Positions 35,791-44,292 of a stretch of 55,721 nucleotides of DNA are shown here, one piece after another. Position 1 is the stretch's first letter. Each line of letters starts with the position of its first letter. A program made the translations under genes and the position numbers. The DNA is taken from NCBI GenBank assembly GCA_949297665.1, contig CASFTO010000023.1, positions 1-55,721 of the forward strand, read 5' to 3'. The stretch is from an uncultured Alphaproteobacteria bacterium (GTDB lineage: Bacteria > Pseudomonadota > Alphaproteobacteria > RF32 > CAG-239). Below the pieces are notes generated by a model. That model had not been told where the DNA came from and did not search any database. It saw only the letters and a program-made list of their open reading frames with translations.

Positions 35791-36858
35791 ATGACAAAAC
35801 CGATATTGGCAGCCATATTATCTTGCAAAGGATATACGTTAACAGATGAAGAAAAAGAGCTGTTTTCAAAATATAATCCATTAGGAATAAGTTTATTTTC
35901 GAGAAATATTCAATCATTCGAGCAGGTAAAAAATCTAGCCAATGAGATAAAAGAAGTCATTAATCGTGATAATGTTTTAGTAGCGATTGATGAAGAGGGG
36001 GGGCGCGTTTGCCGTTTAGAAAATATAAGGAAAGGAAAATATGCCTCTGCTGAGGCTTTAGGCAAAGTGGATGCTTTATATAGTCGTTATCATGCGTATT
36101 TAATAGCTTCTAATTTAAGAAATTTAGGAATAAATATAAATTATGCTCCGGTGATAGACAAGAAGACGATTCCTCAAAATAAAGTATTAGAGAGCCGCTG
36201 TTTCAGTGAAGATGCAGACAATATTGTTGAACGTGGAACAAATATGTCCACAGCGTACATGGAAATGGGAATATGTCCTTGTATAAAGCACATACCCGGA
36301 CATTTTTCATCACTGGAAGATCCTCATTTAGGATTACCTGAAAGTACATTATCGCGGCAAGAATTAGAAAAAGACATAAAATACATGAGGAAATTTAATC
36401 AATTTCCGCTAGCAATGACGTCACATATTTTATTAAAAAATATAGATAATAAAAATCCAGTCACTCAATCGCCGCAAGATATTTCTGCTATTATACGAGG
36501 CTATTTAAATTTTGATGGATTCTTGTTAAGTGACGCGATAGATATGCATGCTTTAAGCGGGAGTGTTTGGGAAAAGACACAGAAGAGTCTGGATGCCGGT
36601 ATAGATGCTGTATGCTGCTGTTCGGGGAGAATTGAGGATATAGAAGAAGTATGTAAAACAAATCGATTCTTGACTGAAAAATCATTAATAAGATTTGCCA
36701 AAATAGAAAAAGTTATTCATAATAAACCAAAGAAGATTGATTTAAGCGAGATTGAAGCGCGTTATAAAAATGTGCTAAAAGAAAGTTTTAAAGAAAAGTA
36801 TTCGTATGATGCAACCGAAGTATTACATCAAATGCTCAAGAAAGGAGAACGTAAATGA
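35791..36858 (+). CDS. nagZ: Beta-N-acetylhexosaminidase (GH3)
   Basis: LFSRNI, IDEEGGRV, KHIPGH, D(P)H, MTSHI and SDAIDM. Follows the SPOR gene. Confidence 0.9.
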   Translation: MTKPILAAILSCKGYTLTDEEKELFSKYNPLGISLFSRNIQSFEQVKNLANEIKEVINRDNVLVAIDEEGGRVCRLENIRKGKYASAEALGKVDALYSRYHAYLIASNLRNLGININYAPVIDKKTIPQNKVLESRCFSEDADNIVERGTNMSTAYMEMGICPCIKHIPGHFSSLEDPHLGLPESTLSRQELEKDIKYMRKFNQFPLAMTSHILLKNIDNKNPVTQSPQDISAIIRGYLNFDGFLLSDAIDMHALSGSVWEKTQKSLDAGIDAVCCCSGRIEDIEEVCKTNRFLTEKSLIRFAKIEKVIHNKPKKIDLSEIEARYKNVLKESFKEKYSYDATEVLHQMLKKGERK

Positions 36859-37076
36859 TATGGGTTTTGGTTATAATTGTAGTAATTATAATATATAATG
36901 CAGAAAAGATGCCGCAAATAATGGAGAAAGTAAAAGCTGAAGTTCCGCATATTGTAGAGGCGGGTAAAAAAGCTTCAAAAGAAATTAAAGAAAAAGCTCA
37001 AACCGCACACCAAGAAAAAAAGCAAGCAAAGAAGAAACTGTCTGAAGATAAAAAAGATACCTCAGCAGAAAAATAG
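36855..37076 (+). CDS. TatA/TatB-like small membrane protein (divergent hinge)
   Basis: N-terminal TM, amphipathic helix (KMPQIMEKVK) and a charged tail. ATGA-coupled to nagZ at the position where tat genes usually lie. Confidence 0.55.
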   Translation: MIWVLVIIVVIIIYNAEKMPQIMEKVKAEVPHIVEAGKKASKEIKEKAQTAHQEKKQAKKKLSEDKKDTSAEK

Positions 37077-37177
37077 CCTTGAATGTAACAATAATTCACC
37101 AAAGCAACTTGTAAGATGATAATCTCACAAGTTGCGGTATCAAGACTTCATGCATTGCACAAAAGCATATAAAACAC

Positions 37178-37208
37178 AAAAAAAACTCGTTTAGCAACGA
37201 GTTTTTTT
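37178..37208. terminator. Bidirectional terminator ending the long minus-strand cluster
   Basis: A8-CTCGTT-TAGC-AACGAG-T7. Confidence 0.88.
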
Positions 37209-37225
37209 ATTCATCAATTATTAAA

Positions 37226-38098
37226 CTATTTAAGAGCCGGAATATTTAGTTGAGCAAAATCTCCGGGTTTAATTTTAACAGTAGCATAACGCAAATTTTC
37301 AGTTTCAATCATATACTCTTCGCGACCTGTAAAATACGCAGCCAATTTATAAAAATCGCGTCCATTGAGTTCTTGCTTTTCCCAATTCATCAAATAAAAA
37401 ACACACGCTTGACTTTTATCGGTCAAACCACAGCGTGGACGTCCGGCTGGAATATCAGGATTAGCTACAATACCTTCAAGTCCCCGATTCTCAATTGTCT
37501 GGGAAGAAAAGAAAGCCTTTCCGATAAATAAACCAACAAAAAGACAAAAAACTGCAGCAATATATAAAATATTTTTTTTGACATAAGATGTGTCGTCTTG
37601 CAAAATTTCATCAGCTATTTCATCGTCTTCATCGTAATCTAAATCGTTATCCAAATCATCTAAAGAAAAAGACAGATCGGAATGAAGCTCGTTTGAAGTA
37701 AGATATTGAGCATCTTTGGCTCTAACAAGACTAGAACTTTGAGGAGAATTAAACTCATCGGACGCAGATTGTTCAGAATTATCGAAGGCATCCGAAGAAT
37801 TAGAAGAAGCCCTCTCTGAGATAGAATCTCCTTCTGAGACGTGACTAAGTTCTCGCTGTCTGTCAAAAGACTGACTAGAAGCGACATTAGAATTTTGAGA
37901 TACAGATGGCATAACTTTGTCAGGCGGCATCGGAATATCAATTGCAGCTCTGATTTTTGGTCTTTTTATTTTTCTGAGTTTCGGACGATTCTGCAAGGGA
38001 TCGTTTTGTTGCGGATATAAACTTTGCGAAAAATTCTCAGAAGAAATATCACCTTCAGGAGTCGGTGTAACTAAATCATCTAAATTTTCATTACTCAT
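37226..38098 (-). CDS. Single-pass membrane hypothetical protein (disordered Ser/Asp-rich N-terminus, small Cys-pair C-terminal domain)
   Basis: Low-complexity N-terminus, TM ILYIAAVFCLFVGLFIG, then GLEGIVANPDIPAGRPRCG...ACVFYLMN. Confidence 0.75.
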   Translation of the reverse strand: MSNENLDDLVTPTPEGDISSENFSQSLYPQQNDPLQNRPKLRKIKRPKIRAAIDIPMPPDKVMPSVSQNSNVASSQSFDRQRELSHVSEGDSISERASSNSSDAFDNSEQSASDEFNSPQSSSLVRAKDAQYLTSNELHSDLSFSLDDLDNDLDYDEDDEIADEILQDDTSYVKKNILYIAAVFCLFVGLFIGKAFFSSQTIENRGLEGIVANPDIPAGRPRCGLTDKSQACVFYLMNWEKQELNGRDFYKLAAYFTGREEYMIETENLRYATVKIKPGDFAQLNIPALK

Positions 38099-38109
38099 GT
38101 ACAAACTCT

Positions 38110-39387
38110 CTAAATTCTATTTTTTATTTTTTCATCTGTTTTCAACATTCTAACCAATCTTGGGACAATAAACACAATAGTCTCCGTTCCCTGATAAGCC
38201 GAACCAAATATTTCACTGGGCAAACCAATAATCAAGAAGTTCTCACCTAATTTATTTCTAACTTTAAATTTAGTAATTTCCCCTTCAGTTGTATCCAGAG
38301 TAACCTCTGAGTAAATACGATTATTTTTCTCCAAAGACGCCCGTGCCAAAACAGACAGAGGATACTCCATATTATCTAATTTACCGCAACGCCCCACATC
38401 AAAACGAGAGAACCATCGCGTCGGAACAACAAAGCGTCCCTCAGAAATATTTTCAACAGTAGCGTATTTTGCAACAAATTTTTGTAACTGCTCAAGAGAT
38501 AAATCATTAGTTACTGTCAACATTCTGCCAATAATACCGGTCTGAGCAGTTGCAATAGTTCCGAATTTAAAATCTTTCAATAAATCGTTCCAAACAACTC
38601 CACATGGTTCTTTAGGAATAACTCTAAATACACTAACATCATACATAATCATAGCCGGATTATTTTCAAAATCTGCTATTAATTCGTTTATTTTATTCAT
38701 TGTTTCCAAATTTGTTTCAAAGGAAACCGTATAATCACGCCAATTTGTAACGACATCAGTAATACCGGCCCCTCTCAAAATATCCAAGAAACCAAGTAAA
38801 AGGGTTCTAGAGCTTGGTGCATACAAAGTAAAACTGGCACGTCGACTTAAGATAAGAGAATTTGTTTTGGCATCATATCTGTAAAACAAATCCGCCGAGC
38901 GAGAAATCATCTCTACAACTTCTTTAAAACTGCCATTTAAATTTTTACCGTAAAGATTTGGATAAGGAGCGTCTTTAGCAACAAGAACAATATTAGCTTC
39001 TTGTGTAAGTTTAAGAAGAGCTTGTTCAGCAGGAATATTGTCAAAAGTAAAATTTCTGACCTCAAAATCCGGCAGTTCATCATTAACATCATTACGTTCG
39101 ATTCTGAAAGAAACATTGTTATGAGGTAAAATTTGTACCATTTCTTGCGTTTTCCAATTAACATTACAACGCAAAGGTGTTTCCAAATCTAAATCATTTG
39201 CTCTAAAAGTTGTTCTAAGCATATAAGGATTTTCTTGAGGTAAAATAATAAAGTTATCCGTAGCGCTACCGTTGACAGCCGTATTGGTAATAACCGTTTC
39301 TTCATCACTTTGGTAAGCATTACAAGCGACAAAGGATAATAAAGAAAACAAAATTAAAAGACTTCTCTTTCCTAGACCCAACTTCAC
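38110..39387 (-). CDS. Secretin-like outer-membrane lipoprotein (PilN/BfpB-type architecture, compact)
   Basis: Lipobox FVAC. N0-like segment (FDNIPAEQALLKL...NGSFKEVVEMISRSADLFYRYD), N3-like segment (VVTNWRDYTVSFETN...INELIADF) and a secretin-start motif (MYDVSVFRV...GVVWND). The GTG start at 39387 has AAGGTGAG upstream. Confidence 0.55.
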   Translation of the reverse strand: MKLGLGKRSLLILFSLLSFVACNAYQSDEETVITNTAVNGSATDNFIILPQENPYMLRTTFRANDLDLETPLRCNVNWKTQEMVQILPHNNVSFRIERNDVNDELPDFEVRNFTFDNIPAEQALLKLTQEANIVLVAKDAPYPNLYGKNLNGSFKEVVEMISRSADLFYRYDAKTNSLILSRRASFTLYAPSSRTLLLGFLDILRGAGITDVVTNWRDYTVSFETNLETMNKINELIADFENNPAMIMYDVSVFRVIPKEPCGVVWNDLLKDFKFGTIATAQTGIIGRMLTVTNDLSLEQLQKFVAKYATVENISEGRFVVPTRWFSRFDVGRCGKLDNMEYPLSVLARASLEKNNRIYSEVTLDTTEGEITKFKVRNKLGENFLIIGLPSEIFGSAYQGTETIVFIVPRLVRMLKTDEKIKNRI

Positions 39388-39388
39388 G

Positions 39389-39895
39389 TTACTCACCTTT
39401 ACTTTCAATATTTTCTTCATTTTCAATAAGTTTTTCTTGTTCTGCCATCAATTTGGCAACAACATCATCAATACTCTGGCCTGCGCCTTTAGTTGGATCA
39501 TCTGCTTGATTGGTAAAACCACCGAAAGCATCTTTTGCCGCACTTAAATCCTCATCTTTTTTTGCAGCCATATCGACAGATGCGTTTCTCTCCAATTCTT
39601 GCTTATATAAATCCAGATTTTTTTTCAACGCAGCCACACCGCCTTTAATTTTCTTCTCAACAAAAGGATGGAGTTCACTATGTTCAAGAATATAATCGCC
39701 AGTTTCACACAATTCAGTCAAAACATCAATAATATATGGATAGAAAGGATAATCCTCAACAGCGATATTTCCCTGTCTGATGCATCTTGCGGCGATTCTA
39801 GAAACGGTACGGTCATAATAATCTCTGATAAGTACATAGTTATCTATATACCAAAGAGATTCTTTTGTGACAGTCAACTCGTCATTATCAGCCAT
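39389..39895 (-). CDS. Hypothetical cytoplasmic protein
   Basis: Strong RBS (AAAGGGGG), 168 aa, stop abuts the secretin-like gene start. Confidence 0.75.
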   Translation of the reverse strand: MADNDELTVTKESLWYIDNYVLIRDYYDRTVSRIAARCIRQGNIAVEDYPFYPYIIDVLTELCETGDYILEHSELHPFVEKKIKGGVAALKKNLDLYKQELERNASVDMAAKKDEDLSAAKDAFGGFTNQADDPTKGAGQSIDDVVAKLMAEQEKLIENEENIESKGE

Positions 39896-39954
39896 AATAC
39901 CCCCTTTTTCTATAACCATAAAATAAAGAAAATATGAAACAATGTAAATCTTTT

Positions 39955-42900
39955 TTATTTTTTATTATCATCAAGTTTAGAATCTGCACCATCTACATTG
40001 GAATTATTTTCATCATCATCTTCTTCATCCACATACTCCCATTCCCAATCTTGATCATCATTTTCGGAAATCGGATTACCATTTTCATCAACGTATTCCC
40101 ACTCCCAATCGTCATCACCGGAATTAGAAACAGCATTCTGCTGAGAAGCCACGGCAGATGAATCGTTGGAAACTGCCGTATATGATAAATCAGAAGCTGT
40201 GGATTTTGAAACACTTGACAAAATGTCATCATAATTATCCTTACCTACATTTTCATCATCGCTATAATCATCAAGTTCAATCGGTTGATCTATAGAAGCA
40301 ATATCAATATTATCGGAAGTTAGCGCTTGGCGAATTTTATCAAGTTCTGCGCTATAACGACTTTGTATAGTCTGATTAGACTGTTGACCGATACTTTCGC
40401 CCATAAAATCATCAAGAGCGGATTTGCTATTTGAGCCGGTAATATCGTCTCTTTGAGGTTCAGATAAGACAGTCTGATTAGATTGTTGACCAATACTTTC
40501 GCCCATAAAATCGTCAAGAGCGGATTCGCTATTTGAGCCGGTAATATCGTCTCTTTGAGGTTCAGATAAGACAGTCTGATTAGATTGTTGACCAATACTT
40601 TCGCCCATAAAATCATCAAGAGCGGCTTCTCTATTTACGTCAGTAATATCGTCTTTTTGAGGTTCAGATAAGACAGTCTGATTAGATTGTTGACCGATAC
40701 TTTCGCTCATAAAATCGTCAAGAGCGGATTCGTTATTTAAGCTGGCAATATCGTCTTTTTGAGGTTCCGACAACATAGTCTGATTAGGCTGTCGACTAAT
40801 ATCTTCACTCATAAGCGTGTCTAGATTAGAAATATTTTGCTCACGTTTCTGTGCTAAATTGTTTTGAGATACTTGTTCCTCTATATCAACATCACCAAAC
40901 TCCCCTATATTAATAGAAGAAGATTCAGCATAAATGTCATTGTTACCGACTGGATGCATAATAGCTTGTTGATCGGCATTTTCTTCGATCTTCTCCCTCG
41001 AAGGCGTAATATTAGTTTTGTCTTGTGTTAAATCAATTTGATCCGTTTCGGATGCTGATAAATCTGTACTAAAAGAGTTATTCGAGGATAAAAAATCCGT
41101 TTCATCAGTTTTTTTACTATTTTGATTTAGAGTTACACGTGGTAATGGAAAATCCAAATCATCATCAAACTCATCGGAAATATCATCTTTATCTAAAACA
41201 TTATCTGACGAAGCACTAATATCTTCAAATCCCATGGAATGAGAAACCTCTGAAGAAGTATCACTACTCCCGGAAAAAACGGCTTCAGGTAAAGCAAAGT
41301 CTAAGTCATCATCAAAAACATTTTCACTATCAATATTACTGATATGCCCAATATTTGAAAAAACTTGTGTTTTTTCGGTAAAAGGAGGCTCTTTTTCAAT
41401 CTCAGGCAATACAAAGTCTAAATCGTCACGAACTTGGCGTGATGAAGCATCGGAAACCACAGATTGAGTATTATCCTCATAAAGGGAATCATTAACAACA
41501 TTTTCCTTTGGGGATGAATAACTATTTTTATCAAGATGCGTCTCAGTATGAGGATTAACAGAAATATCGTCAGAATCAAGCGGTGGAATATCAAGACGAA
41601 CATTGTCAAAATTATCTTCATGCTTAAACGCTTTATTACGAATGACGCCATCAAAAGAAGGAATTCCTCCTTTGCTATGTGAAGAATTATCATCGGAGTG
41701 GACAACGTCTTTCGTATTAAAATTATGCTCAACATCAATAATTGTATCTTTTATGGGAGCCTGACTATCCACCATATGAGTCTGATGCTCCTCTACAAAA
41801 AATCCGTCTCTATTTCTTTTTTTCTTTTTTTTCTTCCTTTTGACCTCGGAAGGATTATCTTGAAAACCGGAGTAATCACCGTTATCATCAGAAAGCAATT
41901 CATCTTCCACCGAATGACGAACGATATTCTCCGATGTATTTAAAGACGAAACCTGAGTAGTAGAAACGGAAGGATTTATTGAATTATCCTCATGAGAAAT
42001 TTTTGGCTCCGATACTTTTCCAAAGACATTAGTATTAGAATGACTTTTATCAGAGAAATGGACATCACGAGCATTACCGACGGTCTGAACAGAAGTTTGA
42101 GTATCTGCAGAAGAGGACCTGGTCTCAATAATAAGTTTTCTATCCTGAAGGCTCTGAGCACAAAGTCTGAACAATTCCTGCATTTTTTGCAAAGAGATAT
42201 CCAAATCGCCGGAGATTTCCTCTCTGAAACGTTGTAAACGGTTCTCTATATTCAAATACTCAGATATCTCGGCATTTTTTTTATTACTGGCCGTATACAG
42301 ACCTTCCAACAATTTAGTAATAGATGCTTGAGAAGCAATAATTCTATTATTCAAATCTGCAATATCGGTATCATCTCTATCCCGCGTAGCTAAAATTCCT
42401 TCCAAGATACGAGAGATAGACACTTGAGAAGCAATAACGGAGTCTGTAATGCTGCGAGTTTCTTTTAAGACATCAAGCAAAGATGCGCGAGAAGTACGAA
42501 TTTCTTCAGCAATAATATCAAAAGCATTGCCAAAATCAGCGGTAATTGCAGATGGCGCAGCGACTGAAGACACGGGAGATTGCGGTAATTGTTTAAAAGC
42601 ATTAGCCAAAGCCTGTGCTAAGGCATCTGCAAATGATGCGTCAATAGTAATATTGCCGGAAACTGCTTGTACAACACCTCCGGAAACAACACTAGGTGTA
42701 TCAGTTTTCCCGGCACCTTCGTCAAAATCTTCCCGATTAGCTTTAACAAAAGCGATTCCCCGTTCTGTTTTAACGTTTTCGATGTGTTCGACAAGTAAGC
42801 GGCCACCGGGCATTCTTTTAAAGAAATCAGTAATATTCTGCGGTAAGGCTAAAAGTTCATTATCAAATTCATCTCTTTTAGCCTTATTAAAAATATGAAC

Positions 42901-42996
42901 CTGTCTAAAGATATTCAGATAACGTTGAGCGACAAGAATAGGAGCTTCTTCGCCACTTTTATCGCTACCGAATTCTACATCATTTAAGTTTTCCAC
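39955..42996 (-). CDS. Large acidic, largely disordered protein with 34-aa tandem repeats
   Basis: 1013 aa open frame. Folded-looking N-terminus and coiled-coil, an Asp/Ser-rich middle, repeats, and a WEWEYVD x2 tail. Confidence 0.8.
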   Translation of the reverse strand: MENLNDVEFGSDKSGEEAPILVAQRYLNIFRQVHIFNKAKRDEFDNELLALPQNITDFFKRMPGGRLLVEHIENVKTERGIAFVKANREDFDEGAGKTDTPSVVSGGVVQAVSGNITIDASFADALAQALANAFKQLPQSPVSSVAAPSAITADFGNAFDIIAEEIRTSRASLLDVLKETRSITDSVIASQVSISRILEGILATRDRDDTDIADLNNRIIASQASITKLLEGLYTASNKKNAEISEYLNIENRLQRFREEISGDLDISLQKMQELFRLCAQSLQDRKLIIETRSSSADTQTSVQTVGNARDVHFSDKSHSNTNVFGKVSEPKISHEDNSINPSVSTTQVSSLNTSENIVRHSVEDELLSDDNGDYSGFQDNPSEVKRKKKKKKRNRDGFFVEEHQTHMVDSQAPIKDTIIDVEHNFNTKDVVHSDDNSSHSKGGIPSFDGVIRNKAFKHEDNFDNVRLDIPPLDSDDISVNPHTETHLDKNSYSSPKENVVNDSLYEDNTQSVVSDASSRQVRDDLDFVLPEIEKEPPFTEKTQVFSNIGHISNIDSENVFDDDLDFALPEAVFSGSSDTSSEVSHSMGFEDISASSDNVLDKDDISDEFDDDLDFPLPRVTLNQNSKKTDETDFLSSNNSFSTDLSASETDQIDLTQDKTNITPSREKIEENADQQAIMHPVGNNDIYAESSSINIGEFGDVDIEEQVSQNNLAQKREQNISNLDTLMSEDISRQPNQTMLSEPQKDDIASLNNESALDDFMSESIGQQSNQTVLSEPQKDDITDVNREAALDDFMGESIGQQSNQTVLSEPQRDDITGSNSESALDDFMGESIGQQSNQTVLSEPQRDDITGSNSKSALDDFMGESIGQQSNQTIQSRYSAELDKIRQALTSDNIDIASIDQPIELDDYSDDENVGKDNYDDILSSVSKSTASDLSYTAVSNDSSAVASQQNAVSNSGDDDWEWEYVDENGNPISENDDQDWEWEYVDEEDDDENNSNVDGADSKLDDNKK
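40369..40830 (-). repeat. Intragenic 102-bp (34-aa) tandem repeat, ~4.5 copies
   Basis: TCTGATTAG recurs at 40371, 40473, 40575, 40677 and 40779. Unit ~ALDDFMGESIGQQSNQTVLSEPQRDDITGSNSES. Confidence 0.93.
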
Positions 42997-43060
42997 AATC
43001 CCAACCTTTATGCAAAATGATTAATAAAAGAATTTCTATATAACGACAACAGAAGAATTT

Positions 43061-44035
43061 TTACAAAGCAATATCTACGACCTTATGTATTTTTTTAAAG
43101 TCATCATTATTAAAATAGATTCTCTCTTCAGGGTTCCACATTAAACCATAAAGTTGCCCAGTTTCATCTTCTCTCATACTAACGACAAAAGCCTCCTGTT
43201 CTGTTTTATAATAGAGTGCGATATCACCCACACTGGCAACTTCACTTGGAGCGACAAACATAACGGCACGATTAGAAAGAATAGAGCCTAATCTTCTGGT
43301 ACACAAGCTAACGCCATAAACATCTCTTTTATCCGATAGATTCGCCGGTTTAATAGCTTCCTTAGCCGCCAAAGATTTATCAACAACGATAGAACCATTG
43401 ACACCTGAAGAACCGAATACAGGAACTTTTAATGTTTCCAAATCAATATAAGCATTACTATGATCATTAGCCGGGCGAACAATATTTTGCACTTTATACT
43501 TCGTATCATTATGAGCCATAATTTCTTCCAAAGCACCGGCGGCATCAAGTCTTTTAATTTCCTCTTTCAATGCTTCAACTTCCAATCCTAAAGCCTTTGC
43601 AATACTTTTATATTCTTTATCAGAAACCTCACGTTGCCCCATTTCAATACGGTGATAAACGGACAAGGTCATATCAGCATTTTCGGCAACTTCAATCAAA
43701 GTCAAAGACTTTTCATTTCTAATATATCTGAGAGCGGCGCCCAAAACTTTCAAACCACTGCTTTTATTAATTTCCTGTCGACGTTCCTGTTCTTTTTTCC
43801 AAGCCATAACGACTTCGTGCTGAGAATTTTGTTCGTTAACATAAAGATCCTGCAATGAGCAATCCAGCACTTCTGCAACCAAGATAAGTTGTTCTTGATT
43901 AAGCCTTCTGTAACCTTTCTCGATTTTAGAGATAGCAGAGAGGCTAATACCCAATCTATCAGCCAAATCCTGCATAGAAACGCCACGCATTTTACGATTA
44001 ATTCTAATTTGGTTAGGGAATACAATTTCTTCCAT
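43061..44035 (-). CDS. XRE-family regulator with two HTH domains and a C-terminal S24/cI-like domain
   Basis: HTH1 SMQDLADRLGISLSAISKIEKG, HTH2 TLIEVAENADMTLSVYHRIEMG, C-terminal KVPVFG...GDIALY. GAGGTG RBS precedes MEEIV. Confidence 0.85.
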   Translation of the reverse strand: MEEIVFPNQIRINRKMRGVSMQDLADRLGISLSAISKIEKGYRRLNQEQLILVAEVLDCSLQDLYVNEQNSQHEVVMAWKKEQERRQEINKSSGLKVLGAALRYIRNEKSLTLIEVAENADMTLSVYHRIEMGQREVSDKEYKSIAKALGLEVEALKEEIKRLDAAGALEEIMAHNDTKYKVQNIVRPANDHSNAYIDLETLKVPVFGSSGVNGSIVVDKSLAAKEAIKPANLSDKRDVYGVSLCTRRLGSILSNRAVMFVAPSEVASVGDIALYYKTEQEAFVVSMREDETGQLYGLMWNPEERIYFNNDDFKKIHKVVDIAL

Positions 44036-44292
44036 AGCAATACACCTCACATGAAAATAATTTTACTTAATAATAATCTTGCCAAAAAAATATGCAAGTC
44101 AAAAAAGATAAAATTCCTCAAATATGTATAACTTTTGTCAAGGGAGAGGAATTTATCCATATCAAAAAAGAGTAAAAAGAAGTAAGTAGTTAAATTTAAA
44201 TAAAATAAGGCAGGAAGAACCGAAAAGACAAAACCTCCACCATCTAATAAAAAATATTGCCGATTTTGTGTAAATTAAAAGACTAAAATAAA

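Noticed and set aside
37104-37135. Inverted repeat GCAACTTGT...ACAAGTTGC as a separate element
   Set aside because: It sits in a convergent intergenic gap beside a clear terminator and is most simply a second 3'-end hairpin; there is no evidence for a MITE or sRNA.
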